64,000 bases of DNA from Candidatus Limnocylindria bacterium (GCA_046262615.1 JBHEML010000001.1:27182-91181), one strand, 5' to 3'; positions 19,011 to 28,634 are shown, counted from the stretch's first letter. The notes: a model not told the origin generated them from the letters alone. Numbers and translations: made by a program.

Positions 19011-19477
19011 ACGAGATCCGCCTGGTGGTGAACGGGGTCGAGCGTCGGACCGAGGCGCGCGATGGCGAGTCGCTCATGACGGTGCTACGCGAGCGCCTCG
19101 CGCTCCCGGGCAGCAAGAACGCGTGCGAGCAGGGGGAGTGCGGGTCGTGCTCGGTGCTTCTCGACGACGCGCTGGTGTGCTCGTGCCTGGTGCTTGCCGC
19201 GGCGGCACACGGACGCGACGTGCGCACGGTCGAATCGCTCGGGTCCGCGGGCGACCTGCACCCGGTGCAGCGCGCGTTCGTCGAGGCCGGCGCGGTCCAG
19301 TGCGGCTTCTGCACGCCCGGCCTCGTCGTCGCGACGGTAGCGCTGCTCCGCGACAACCCCGAGCCGACCGATATCGAGATCCGCGAGGCGCTCTCCGGTA
19401 ACCTCTGCCGCTGCACCGGTTACGGCACGATCCTCGAGGCCGTCCACCGGGCCGCGCGCGAGATGTACGCCGGGTGA
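19007..19477 (+). CDS. Xanthine dehydrogenase family (2Fe-2S)-binding small subunit
   Basis: 156 aa with CEQGECGSCSV and CGFCTPG...CRCTGY cysteine clusters. 4-nt overlaps with both neighbours. Confidence 0.9.
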   Translation: MNEIRLVVNGVERRTEARDGESLMTVLRERLALPGSKNACEQGECGSCSVLLDDALVCSCLVLAAAAHGRDVRTVESLGSAGDLHPVQRAFVEAGAVQCGFCTPGLVVATVALLRDNPEPTDIEIREALSGNLCRCTGYGTILEAVHRAAREMYAG

Positions 19478-21771
19478 CGTCGACCCTATCCACGCCCACC
19501 CGCGTGCGTGGCGTCGTGGGCGAATCCACGCCTCGTCCCGACGGCGTGCCGAAGGTGAAGGGCGAGTTCGAGTACGCGAGCGACCTCTGGCGGGACGACA
19601 TGCTGCACGGCGCGACGCTGCGCAGCCCGCATCCGCACGCGCGCATCCTCGGCATCGAGACGAGCCAGGCATTGAACATCGCGGGCGTCCACGCCGTGTT
19701 GACCGCCGCGGACGTGCCAGCCGGAGCGCGCTTCGGTCTCATGAGGCGCGACCAGCCTCCGCTCGCCACTGACCGCGTCCGCTTCGCAGGTGAGGCGGTC
19801 GCGATCGTCGCGGCGGACGACATCGATCGCGCGCGCGAGGCGCTGCGCGCCATCCGCGTCGAGTACGAGCCGCTGCCTGCCGTCACCGACCCGATCGCCG
19901 CGCTCTCGCCGGAGGCGGTGCGCGTGCACGACGGCGAGAACGTGATCGACGAGGTGCAGGTCCTCCACGGCGACGCGCGCGCGGTCGCTCCGGTCGTCGT
20001 CACCGGCGAGTACGAGGTCGGGATGCAGGACCAGGCCGCCCTGGGTCCTGAGGCCGGCCTCGCCGTCCCCGACGTCGATGGCGGCGTGACGCTCCACGTC
20101 GCGACGCAGTGGCTGCACGAGGACCTTGGGCAGATCGCGCCGTGTATCGGTCTGCCGATGGAGAAGGTGCGGCTCGTCCTCGCGGGGGTGGGCGGCGCGT
20201 TCGGTGCGCGCGAGGACGTGACGCTCCAGATACACGCCTGTCTTCTCGCGCTGCGCACGGGCCGCGCGGTGCGTATGACCTACGGCCGCGAGGAGTCGTT
20301 CTACGGGCACGTGCACAGGCATCCGGCGCGCCTCTTCTACGAGCACGGCGCGCGGCCCGACGGGACCCTCGTGTACGTTCGCGCGACGATCGTCCTCGAC
20401 GGCGGCGCGTACGCCTCGTCGAGCCCAGCCGTCGTCGCGAACGCGGGCTGCTTCGCCGCTGGCCCCTATCGCGTGGAGAACGCGCTCGTGCGCTGCGTTG
20501 GCGCGTACACGAACAACCCGCCGACCGGAGCGATGCGCGGCTTCGGCGCGGTGCAGAGCTGCTTCGCGTACGAGGCGCAGATGGACAGGCTCGCGGCCGC
20601 GTGCGGGATCGACCCGGTCGCGATCCGCGCGCGCAACGGACTCGTCGAGGGCGACCGCGTCATCACCGACCAGCCGCTGATCGGCTCCGCGCCGGTCGCG
20701 GAGCTCGTCGAGCGCATCTCCGCCGCGCCACTGCCCCCGGAGCGTTCGTCGGACCCGCTCGAGCTCCCCGGTGGAGCGGGCAACCTCACCCATGGGGAGG
20801 ACATCGTGCGTGGCGTCGGCTACGCAGTCGGCTTCAAGAACGTCTGCTACTCGCAGGGCTTCGACGACTTCGCCACGGCGCGCGTCCGCGTGCTGCGTGA
20901 CGAGGGTGGGCCACTGGTGCGCGTCCATACGGCCGCGGCAGAGGTCGGCCAGGGGCTCGTCACCATCTGTCAGCAGATCGCGCGGACGGAGCTCGGCATC
21001 GAGCGGGTCCAGCTCGACCGCGCGGACACGTCCATCGGCTCTGCCGGATCGAGCTCGGCGTCGCGTCAGACGTGGATGACCGGCGGCGCGGTCCAGGCGG
21101 CGTGCCGCGAGGCCCGGGCCGAACTGGAGGCCCGCGCCGTGGGGCATGGCGGCACGCTCCGGACCGTCGAGATTCAGGACCTGCTGGAGGCGCCCGTCGA
21201 TCGAACGGTGACCCACCGTCACCGCCCGACCGAGGAGCGAACGACCTATATGCAGGACCATGGCCACGTTGCTTTCCTGCTCGCCGGCCACCGGGCCGTG
21301 GTCGACGTCGACACCGGCACGGGCCTCGTGAAGGTGGTGCAGGTCGCAACGGCGCAGGACGTCGGCAAGGCGATCAACCCGCTCGCCGTGATCGGTCAGA
21401 TCGAAGGGGGCATCGCGCAGGGCCTGGGCCTCGCCGTGATGGAGGAGCTGGTCGTCCGCGACGGGCTGGTCCGCAACGCTTCATTCACGGACTACCTGCT
21501 CCCGACGATCCTCGACATGCCGCCCGTGCTCGCCGACCTGGTCGAGCACCCGCATCCAGACGCGCCCTATGGCGCGAAGGGGGTCGGCGAGCCGCCGGCG
21601 ATCTCGAGCACTCCGGCGATCGTGGCCGCGATCCGGTCGGCGACCGGCCGCGAGCTTTCGCGCGTCCCCGTCCGCCCGGACGATATCTTGGGACTCTCCG
21701 ATGGCGGACCGTCCGCCGCGGCCTGGCGGATCGTTCCCGGAGAAGATCCACGAAAGGCGGTGCCCGCATGA
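19474..21771 (+). CDS. Xanthine dehydrogenase family molybdopterin-binding large subunit
   Basis: 765 aa with an aldehyde oxidase/xanthine dehydrogenase a/b hammerhead and MoCo-binding regions (GGAFGARE, AMRGFG, GVGEPP). Confidence 0.9.
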   Translation: MTSTLSTPTRVRGVVGESTPRPDGVPKVKGEFEYASDLWRDDMLHGATLRSPHPHARILGIETSQALNIAGVHAVLTAADVPAGARFGLMRRDQPPLATDRVRFAGEAVAIVAADDIDRAREALRAIRVEYEPLPAVTDPIAALSPEAVRVHDGENVIDEVQVLHGDARAVAPVVVTGEYEVGMQDQAALGPEAGLAVPDVDGGVTLHVATQWLHEDLGQIAPCIGLPMEKVRLVLAGVGGAFGAREDVTLQIHACLLALRTGRAVRMTYGREESFYGHVHRHPARLFYEHGARPDGTLVYVRATIVLDGGAYASSSPAVVANAGCFAAGPYRVENALVRCVGAYTNNPPTGAMRGFGAVQSCFAYEAQMDRLAAACGIDPVAIRARNGLVEGDRVITDQPLIGSAPVAELVERISAAPLPPERSSDPLELPGGAGNLTHGEDIVRGVGYAVGFKNVCYSQGFDDFATARVRVLRDEGGPLVRVHTAAAEVGQGLVTICQQIARTELGIERVQLDRADTSIGSAGSSSASRQTWMTGGAVQAACREARAELEARAVGHGGTLRTVEIQDLLEAPVDRTVTHRHRPTEERTTYMQDHGHVAFLLAGHRAVVDVDTGTGLVKVVQVATAQDVGKAINPLAVIGQIEGGIAQGLGLAVMEELVVRDGLVRNASFTDYLLPTILDMPPVLADLVEHPHPDAPYGAKGVGEPPAISSTPAIVAAIRSATGRELSRVPVRPDDILGLSDGGPSAAAWRIVPGEDPRKAVPA

Positions 21772-22295
21772 CCGACGATCACGCCGCGCCCATCTCTCCT
21801 CGGCACCTGGCGGACCTCCTCGTGTCCTCGAGCGCCCTCGTCCAAGCGGAATTGCAGGCCCTGGGGCCCGATGCCGGATGGCATCCGGCTCCGGGCGAGT
21901 GGTGCGCCCGCGAGATCGTGGGCCACCTCATCGAGGCGGAGAAGCGCGGATTCGCGGGCCGCATCCGCTCGTTCATCGAGCAGGACCACCCGAGCGTGGT
22001 CGCCTGGGACCAGCTCGAGGTCGCGCGCTCACGGGCGGACTGCGAGCGCGACACGGAGAGCCTCTGGTCCGAGCTCGCCGCGCTGCGGCTCGAGAGCGTG
22101 ATGCTCGTGAGGTCGCTTGGGACCGCGGAGCTCGCGCGCTCGGGCGTGCATTCGAAGGTCGGCGAGCTCACCGTCGGCGACATCGCGCACGAGTGGGTGC
22201 ACCACGACCGCAACCATGCCAAGCAGCTGCTCGCCATCGCGCAGGAGCGCGCCTGGCCGCACATGGGGAACGCGCAGAAGTTCCAGGGGGAGTGA
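21768..22295 (+). CDS. DinB-family (four-helix-bundle metalloenzyme-like) protein
   Basis: 175 aa. ATG overlaps the xdh stop (ATGA) and the stop overlaps the add GTG (GTGA). His-containing motifs REIVGHLIEAE and HEWVHHDRNH are typical of DinB/YfiT-like proteins. Confidence 0.65.
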   Translation: MTDDHAAPISPRHLADLLVSSSALVQAELQALGPDAGWHPAPGEWCAREIVGHLIEAEKRGFAGRIRSFIEQDHPSVVAWDQLEVARSRADCERDTESLWSELAALRLESVMLVRSLGTAELARSGVHSKVGELTVGDIAHEWVHHDRNHAKQLLAIAQERAWPHMGNAQKFQGE

Positions 22296-23401
22296 GCGCG
22301 CTCTCGGCCGCGACGCTCCGCGCCGCGCCGAAGGTGCTGCTCCACGACCACCTCGACGGCGGCCTCCGTCCCGCGACCGTGGTCGAGCTCGCGCGCGACG
22401 CCGGTTACCCGAGCCTGCCGACGTACGACCCGGGCGAGCTCGGGCGCTGGTTCCACGCAAGCGCGGCCACAGGGTCGCTGCCGCTGTACCTGCGAGGCTT
22501 TGCGCACACCACCGCCGTCATGCAGACCCCTGGGGCGCTCGAGCGGATCGCCTACGAGACAGGAGAGGACCTCGCACTCGATGGCGTCGTGTACGCCGAG
22601 GTGCGATATGCCCCGGTCTTCTCTACCGCCCGCGGGCTGAACCTCGAGCAGGTGGTGGATGCGGTTTCGCGCGGCTTCGCGCGCGCCGAACGCGACCATC
22701 GCATCACGCTGCGGCAGATCGTGTGCGCCATGCGCGACCGCACGGATTCGCTCGAGATGGCGGAGCTCGCGGTGGCGTACCGGGACCGCGGCGTCGTCGG
22801 CTTCGACATCGCCGGCGAGGAGGCCGGGCACCCGCCGAAGGCGCACCTCGAGGCGTTCCAGTTCTGCCGGCGGGAGAACTTCTCGATCACGATCCACGCC
22901 GGCGAAGCGTTCGGCCCCGCGTCGATCTGGCAGGCGCTCCAGTACTGCGGCGCTCACCGGATCGGCCACGGCGTGCGGCTGGTCGAAGACATGGCGATCG
23001 CCGGAGGCGAGGTCGTCAAGCTGGGCCAGCTCGCAGCGTACATCCGCGACAAGCGCATCCCGCTCGAGGTGTGCCCGTCGAGCAACGTCGACACGGGCGC
23101 GGTACCGAGCCTCGACGAGCATCCCATCCGGCACTTCATCGCGCAGAAGTTTCGCGTGACCGTGAACACCGACAACCGCCTCATGTCCGGGGTCACCCTG
23201 TCGGAGGAGTTCCACCGCCTCTCGGGTGTCGTCCCGCTCACGCTGGCCGACGTCGAGCGGCTTTCCATCAACGCGATGAAGAGCGCCTTCCTCCCGTACG
23301 AGGAGCGCGTCGCGGTCATCTACGACAGGATCAAGCCCGGCTTCGCGAAGCTTCGCGGGGAGCCCGCCCTTGCGGGCTACCCGCTACCCGCCGCCACCTG
23401 A
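22292..23401 (+). CDS. add: Adenosine deaminase
   Basis: GTG at 22292 gives 369 aa. Motifs PKVLLHDHLDGGLRP, HAGE, LGATRIGHG-like HRIGHG, and VTVNTDN. Confidence 0.9.
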   Translation: MSALSAATLRAAPKVLLHDHLDGGLRPATVVELARDAGYPSLPTYDPGELGRWFHASAATGSLPLYLRGFAHTTAVMQTPGALERIAYETGEDLALDGVVYAEVRYAPVFSTARGLNLEQVVDAVSRGFARAERDHRITLRQIVCAMRDRTDSLEMAELAVAYRDRGVVGFDIAGEEAGHPPKAHLEAFQFCRRENFSITIHAGEAFGPASIWQALQYCGAHRIGHGVRLVEDMAIAGGEVVKLGQLAAYIRDKRIPLEVCPSSNVDTGAVPSLDEHPIRHFIAQKFRVTVNTDNRLMSGVTLSEEFHRLSGVVPLTLADVERLSINAMKSAFLPYEERVAVIYDRIKPGFAKLRGEPALAGYPLPAAT

Positions 23402-23425
23402 CGGCGGACCGTCGCGCGCGCGCCG

Positions 23426-24439
23426 TCAGCGGCGCATCCACAGCAGGTCGCCGAAGAAGAAGTCCTGGCCCGTCGCCGACGTCTTGATCGTGCCGTCCGC
23501 GAGCGAAAGCACGAAGAAGGCTCCCGTGCCCACGTACGCGATCTGCGTCCCGTCGGGCGACCACGCCGGCACGACGTCGTCGCCGCTCTGGCCCACCGAG
23601 CGGAGCGCCGCGCCGTCGAGGGGGGCGACAAAGATCTCCGAAGGGATCCCAAGGTGCGCGTTCTTGGCGAGCGCGCGGGGACCGCGCGCCGCGTACGTTC
23701 CGGTGGTGATCGCGGCGTTGTGGCCAGCGGCGCAGAACGCGACGGTGTCGCCCTTCGGCGAGAACCGCGGCGTTTGCAGGTAATAGAAGGTGTCCTTCCC
23801 GTGGAGGAACGGTCGCGCGTTCGCGCCATCGACGTCGGCGCGCCACAGGCCGTCGCCCTGGCTATTGACGATGTGCACGTACACGATCGTCCGCCCGTCC
23901 GGCGACAGGTCGAGGTCGGCCGCGTCCCGGATCACGACCGTCCGTTCGCCGGTGCGCAGGTCGAGGCGCTCGATCGTGTCGTCGTTGCCCTTGTACTGCC
24001 CGCCGGTGATCACGGCCGCGCGTCGGTGGAAGTACAGGAGGTTCCCCGTCGGGTCGAAGCGCGGGCTGTCGTAGAAGACGTTGTCCCCGTCGTGCTCGAG
24101 GACCTGGCGCAGTCCCGTCCCGTCGAGGTTCACGAGGAAGAGGTCGGAGCCGAAGCCCTTCGTCTTGCTCGGCTGCTGCGTCAAGGAGAACGCCAGCGCG
24201 CTGCGGCCGGGATCGAGGCTCGGCCCCTGCGGCGCGCTCTGCGCGGGAAGGTCGGTGATCCGGCCGAGCACGCGCGCGTCGGCGTCGAGCGCGAGGAGTC
24301 CCGACGGATTAACGAGGAGGTAGGTCGCCGCGCGACCAACGGCGTTCCCCTGTGGCGGCGGGGGAGCCGCGCTGCTGCTACACCCCGCGATCGCGATAGC
24401 TGCCGCCAGCGCCAGGGCGAAGGTCCTCGCCGCCGTTAC
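23426..24439 (-). CDS. TolB-like beta-propeller (PD40 repeat) lipoprotein; start codon non-canonical or unresolved
   Basis: Track ORF 23426..24271 (GTG) has repeated SPDG/PD40-like blades. The same frame continues upstream, stop-free, through TAARTFALALAAAIAIAGCSSS (signal peptide plus lipobox, Cys codon 24382-24380). There is no in-frame ATG/GTG/TTG there; GTA 24439 overlaps the upstream TAA. Confidence 0.6.
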   Translation of the reverse strand, partial: VTAARTFALALAAAIAIAGCSSSAAPPPPQGNAVGRAATYLLVNPSGLLALDADARVLGRITDLPAQSAPQGPSLDPGRSALAFSLTQQPSKTKGFGSDLFLVNLDGTGLRQVLEHDGDNVFYDSPRFDPTGNLLYFHRRAAVITGGQYKGNDDTIERLDLRTGERTVVIRDAADLDLSPDGRTIVYVHIVNSQGDGLWRADVDGANARPFLHGKDTFYYLQTPRFSPKGDTVAFCAAGHNAAITTGTYAARGPRALAKNAHLGIPSEIFVAPLDGAALRSVGQSGDDVVPAWSPDGTQIAYVGTGAFFVLSLADGTIKTSATGQDFFFGDLLWMRR

Positions 24440-25110
24440 CCCGCGCGGGTAGCGCCCAGGAAGCGCCGGACGTTGCGGACGGCCGCGTCGTGGTCACCGC
24501 TCTCGAGCAGCTCAGCGGGCACGAGCGGCTCGCCGATCCCAAATCCCACCACGCCTGCCGCGAGGTAGGCGGGGATGTCGTCGTACGCGATGTTCCCCGT
24601 CGCCACGAGCGGCAGATGCGGCAGCGCGCGGCGCACATTGCGCACGTACTCGGGGCCGCCGACGGGGCCGATCGGATAGATCTTGATGAAGTCGGCGCCG
24701 AGGTTCGCTGCCGCGAGCATCTCCGTCGGCGTCAGCGTGCCCGGCATGGCGAGGGCGTCCCGCGCGTGCGCGGCCACGATCATCTCCGGCACGAGCGTCG
24801 GTCCGACGAGGAAGCGCGCCCCCGCCGAGAGCGCGTCCTCGGCCTGGCTTCCGGACAGCACGGTGCCCGCGCCGACGATCGCGCCACGCGACGCGAAGTC
24901 CTCGTCCATCGCCAGCGTCTCGATCGCGGCGTACGCCTCGGGGACCGTGAGCGTGATCTCGATCATGCGCACGCCTCCGGCCGCAGCAGCACGGCCGGCG
25001 CGGAGGGCGAGCTCGGCGGTCGGCGTGCGGACGACGCACACGAGACGGTCCTCGGCGAAGATCCGCAGCAGCTCGCGCCGGCCCGTGAGCGGACGCTGGG
25101 CGATGGTCAT
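24436..25110 (-). CDS. eda: KHG/KDPG aldolase family protein
   Basis: 224 aa from the internal ATG of track ORF 24436..25677. Motifs VRMIEITLTVP, GAGTVL, PGTLTPTE and FIKIYP follow the Eda pattern. Confidence 0.75.
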   Translation of the reverse strand: MTIAQRPLTGRRELLRIFAEDRLVCVVRTPTAELALRAGRAAAAGGVRMIEITLTVPEAYAAIETLAMDEDFASRGAIVGAGTVLSGSQAEDALSAGARFLVGPTLVPEMIVAAHARDALAMPGTLTPTEMLAAANLGADFIKIYPIGPVGGPEYVRNVRRALPHLPLVATGNIAYDDIPAYLAAGVVGFGIGEPLVPAELLESGDHDAAVRNVRRFLGATRAG

Positions 25111-25263
25111 GCGCAAGATGCTATGCGCTGCCGGCCCGGGATCGGGCGTGGTCCGCCCCTGCTTCCGGGCCAGGACTTCCGCATGGCAGTGTGCGGGCCT
25201 TCGCTGGTCGGCGGCGAGCCCAGCCCCCCGGGTACTGAGAAGCCGGCCTGCATCATGTGATCC

Positions 25264-25797
25264 GTGGACGACCTCGTGTTCTGGGTCCTCGCCCGCGCGC
25301 TGGGACTGACGTCGTTCGCGGCGCTGTCGCTCTCGGTCCTCAGCGGGGTCGCGCTGCGCACGTCGGTGCTCGACTTCCTCGCGCGCAACCGCGCGCTGCG
25401 CGCGCTCCACGACTTCACGACGCCGCTGTGGCTGCCCCTCGGGGCGGCGCACGTCGTCACGCTGCTCTTCGACGCGACGGCGAGGATCGGCCCGGCCGAC
25501 GTCGTCCTGCCCTTCCGCGTCGGCTACGGGGCGGTGGCGATCGGCCTCGGCACGGTCAGCCTCGACATCCTGGTCGTCGTCGTCGTCACGAGCTGGCTCA
25601 AGCGCCGCATGGACCAGGCGCTGTGGCGCTGGATCCACCGTACGAGCTACGTCGCCTTCGCGGCGCTGTTCATGCACGCGGTGCTGTCCGGGACCGACTT
25701 CGATTCGCCGGTCGTGTCAGCCATCAGCTGGTCGATGGCCGCGGGCATCGCCGTCCTATCGCTCTCGCGGATCGTCTGGGGGCGGCTGCCCGCGTAG
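25264..25797 (+). CDS. Ferric-reductase-like transmembrane (YedZ/MsrQ-type heme b) membrane protein
   Basis: 177 aa with 5-6 hydrophobic helices and conserved His residues (LHDFTT, IHRTSY, MHAV). No partner MsrP is present in the window. Confidence 0.5.
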   Translation: MDDLVFWVLARALGLTSFAALSLSVLSGVALRTSVLDFLARNRALRALHDFTTPLWLPLGAAHVVTLLFDATARIGPADVVLPFRVGYGAVAIGLGTVSLDILVVVVVTSWLKRRMDQALWRWIHRTSYVAFAALFMHAVLSGTDFDSPVVSAISWSMAAGIAVLSLSRIVWGRLPA

Positions 25798-25992
25798 CGC
25801 GCCCTCGGCTGCTCTTTGGGCCCGTTCTGACGGCGGTTGCACTGCTCGGGGACCTCGGGGGCCAACTCGGGGGTGAGCTCTACAGAATCGCCAATGTTCA
25901 CGGGCTGAGCTATAGAGCTTGGCGCGACGCATCGCGCACCGCTCCCTCGTCAAGTATCCGCGGGTGGCTCGCTGACCTCGCGCGCGTTCGGA

Positions 25993-26631
25993 TCAGCGCT
26001 CGATCAGAAACACGCGCGCCGGTGACCCGTCCCCGTTCTCGACCTTGATCGCGCCGCACACCAGCTCGTACTCGCCGGGCGAGACCGCGGCCAGGTCGAG
26101 CCCCTCGATGATCACGATGTCCTTCTCGAGCAGCGCCACGTGGACCGGGTGCGCGCGGGCGCCTGTCCCGAACGGCTCGATGGACAGGTAGTCGACGCCG
26201 ACCAGCTTCATGCCCCGCCGCGCGCACCACTGCGCGCCCGAGGGGTCGAGCGCGATGAAGTCCTCCTGGAACCGGGCGCCGCTCGCCCACAGAGCGCTGT
26301 TGCGCGTCTTGAACAGCACCCGCTCCGTCGACTCCGGGATGGCCGCGCTGTCGAGCCATCCGGCCGAGATGTGCGTGTCGCCCTCGTACGCGACCACGCG
26401 GCACGGGCCCACCAGCGCATCGACGGGCAGCTTGTCGGAGGTGTTCCCGCCGTCGATGAAGTGGCTCGGCGGATCGACGTGCGTGCCCGTGTGGTTGCCG
26501 AACGACAGCAGCGACACGTTCGCGCCGTCCCCCTTCGCGAGGCGCCGCAGCGGCTCGATCTTCGGGCCCGGCTCGTTCTTCCACGTCGCCATGTCGGGGC
26601 GGATGACGAGTGAAACGTCGTGGACCTTCAT
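25993..26631 (-). CDS. Cyclase family protein (kynurenine formamidase-like)
   Basis: 212 aa from the internal ATG of track ORF 25993..27363. Contains HTGTHVDPPSHF (HxGTHxDxPxH cyclase motif). Confidence 0.8.
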   Translation of the reverse strand: MKVHDVSLVIRPDMATWKNEPGPKIEPLRRLAKGDGANVSLLSFGNHTGTHVDPPSHFIDGGNTSDKLPVDALVGPCRVVAYEGDTHISAGWLDSAAIPESTERVLFKTRNSALWASGARFQEDFIALDPSGAQWCARRGMKLVGVDYLSIEPFGTGARAHPVHVALLEKDIVIIEGLDLAAVSPGEYELVCGAIKVENGDGSPARVFLIER

Positions 26632-26664
26632 CGGTGCAGCGCAAGATACTCTGCCCGGGTGGCG

Positions 26665-27264
26665 ATGGAGCCTGCGGAGGTCGAGGCGATCTTCCGCGAG
26701 TCGGGAGCGCTGACGGATGGCCACTTCACGCTTTCCTCGGGGGCGCACTCGCCGCGCTACCTCGAGAAGTTCCAGGTGCTGCAGTGGCCCGCGCGCACCG
26801 AGCGCCTCTGCGCCGCGATCGCGGCCGCCGTCCGGCCGCTCGGCGTGCGGACGGTCGCCGGGCCGACGACCGGCGGCATCATCCTCGCGCACGAGGTCGC
26901 CCGTCAGATGGGGCTTCGGGCCGTCTACGCCGAGCGCGCCGACGACGGACGCGGCCGCGTCTTCCGGCGCGGCTTCCACCTGGAGCGCGAAGAGGCGGTG
27001 CTGGTGGTCGACGACATCCTGACCACCGGCGGTTCGGTGAAGGAAACGATCGAGGCGGTTCGCGCCGAAGGCGCGCGCGTGACGGGCGCGGCCGTCCTCG
27101 TCGACAGATCCGGTTCGGAGTCGCGCCTGGGCGACGTCCCGCTGGTCGCGCTCTGGCGGCTGGCGATCCCGTCCCACGCGCCCGAGAGCTGTCCGCAGTG
27201 CGCGGCGGGCGTCCCGCTCACCAAGCCTGGCACCACTCCTGCTCGGCGCCCAGGGCATGAATGA
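26665..27264 (+). CDS. pyrE: Orotate phosphoribosyltransferase
   Basis: 199 aa with GHFTLSSGAHSPRY and the PRPP motif VLVVDDILTTGGS. Confidence 0.88.
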   Translation: MEPAEVEAIFRESGALTDGHFTLSSGAHSPRYLEKFQVLQWPARTERLCAAIAAAVRPLGVRTVAGPTTGGIILAHEVARQMGLRAVYAERADDGRGRVFRRGFHLEREEAVLVVDDILTTGGSVKETIEAVRAEGARVTGAAVLVDRSGSESRLGDVPLVALWRLAIPSHAPESCPQCAAGVPLTKPGTTPARRPGHE

Positions 27265-27607
27265 TCTGATGAAACTCGTCCGCTCGGCCTTCTGGCTCTC
27301 GCTCTTCGCCGCCGTGTACCAGGAGCTACGCAAGCCGGCGCCGCAGCGCAGCTGGCACGGCAAGGTCCTCGGCGTAGTGCCCTATGACTTTCGCGTTCCC
27401 ACGCTCGACCGGCTGAAGTCGACTTACTGGGCGCCGGACAGCCCGCATGTCTTCACCGACCGCGTCCTCGGCGTCGGCTGGGGCGTGAACATCCCCGTCG
27501 CCTTCCGGAAGCTGAACGAGGCAGCGACGCAGTACGCGTCGGCCAGCCGCAGCGTGCGGGAAGAGATAGGCAAGCGCATGCCCGGCTCGGACCGGCCCGA
27601 CCGCTAG
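27257..27607 (+). CDS. Small membrane-associated hypothetical protein
   Basis: 116 aa with one N-terminal helix ([11 protein letters not shown]) and a GVGWGVN motif reminiscent of DUF5808-type domains (from memory). Overlaps the pyrE end by 8 nt. Confidence 0.45.
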   Translation: MNDLMKLVRSAFWLSLFAAVYQELRKPAPQRSWHGKVLGVVPYDFRVPTLDRLKSTYWAPDSPHVFTDRVLGVGWGVNIPVAFRKLNEAATQYASASRSVREEIGKRMPGSDRPDR

Positions 27608-27665
27608 ACCCGCGCGACGCGCCGCGTCCGGGCCCGAGCGCCGCGGAGTCGTATCCTCCCCCGAA

Positions 27666-28631
27666 GTGCCCGACCGGCCAACAGTCGTGGTCACGCGTCC
27701 CGTCCCCGATGAGGCGCTCGCGCTTCTGCGCCCCCGCGCACAGCTCGTGGTCGGGCCCGACGAGCCGCCGCTCCCCACGGCCGACGAGGTCGCGGGACTC
27801 GTGCGCGACGCTGACATCGTCTTCACGCTGCCCGCCAACCCGCTGGACGCCGCCGCGATCGCGGGCGCCCGCCGCGTTCGGATGATCGCGACCATGGGGA
27901 CCGGCTTCGACAACATCGACGTCGCCGCGGCCAAGGCGCGCGGCATCCCGGTGACGTACGCGCCCGGCATCCTGGATGAGACGACCGCCGACGGCGCGTT
28001 CGCCCTGATGCTCGCCGCGGCGCGACGCCTGGGCGAGGCCGAGCGCTACCTTCGCGCAGGCAAGTACCGCGGCTGGACCCCCTTCCTATTCCTCGGCCAG
28101 GACATCCACCACGCGACGCTCGGCATCGTCGGCATGGGACGGATCGGAAGGGCGGTCGCGCGGCGCGCCACCGGCTTCGCGATGTCGATCCTCTACACCG
28201 ACGCGCGGCGGAACGAGGACGCCGAGCGCGAGTTCGGCGCAATGTACGTCACGATGGACGAGCTGCTCGGACGCGCGGACTTCGTGTCGCTACACGTGCC
28301 GCTCTTGCCGGAGACGCGCCACCTGATCGACGCCGCGGCGCTGCGCAAGATGAAGCCGACCGCGATCCTCGTGAACACCTCGCGCGGTCCGGTCGTCGAC
28401 GAGCCCGCGCTCGCGCAGGCGCTGCGCGATAAGGTGATCGCCGGTGCCGGGCTCGATGTCTTCGAGCACGAGCCAGACGTCGACCCGAGCCTGATCGGTC
28501 TCGAGAACGTCGTGCTGCTGCCGCACATCGCGTCGGCCTCGGAGGGCACGCGCAAGCGCATGGCGCTGCGCGCCGCGGAGAACATCGTGGCCTTCCTCGA
28601 TGGCCGCTCGCTCCTCGACCCCGTCCCCTAA
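27666..28631 (+). CDS. D-2-hydroxyacid dehydrogenase (glyoxylate/hydroxypyruvate reductase-like)
   Basis: 321 aa with the NAD-binding motif [15 protein letters not shown], plus [19 protein letters not shown] and PHIASAS. Confidence 0.85.
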   Translation: MPDRPTVVVTRPVPDEALALLRPRAQLVVGPDEPPLPTADEVAGLVRDADIVFTLPANPLDAAAIAGARRVRMIATMGTGFDNIDVAAAKARGIPVTYAPGILDETTADGAFALMLAAARRLGEAERYLRAGKYRGWTPFLFLGQDIHHATLGIVGMGRIGRAVARRATGFAMSILYTDARRNEDAEREFGAMYVTMDELLGRADFVSLHVPLLPETRHLIDAAALRKMKPTAILVNTSRGPVVDEPALAQALRDKVIAGAGLDVFEHEPDVDPSLIGLENVVLLPHIASASEGTRKRMALRAAENIVAFLDGRSLLDPVP

Positions 28632-28634
28632 GGG

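Noticed and set aside
25845-25873. CTCGGGG(G) repeated three times (25845, 25854, 25866) in the 195-bp convergent intergenic region, as a possible G-quadruplex or small RNA.
   Set aside because: There are only three tight G-runs, and the fourth needs a 27-nt loop. Short G-rich repeats are expected by chance at this GC content, and I could identify no promoter or terminator signature.
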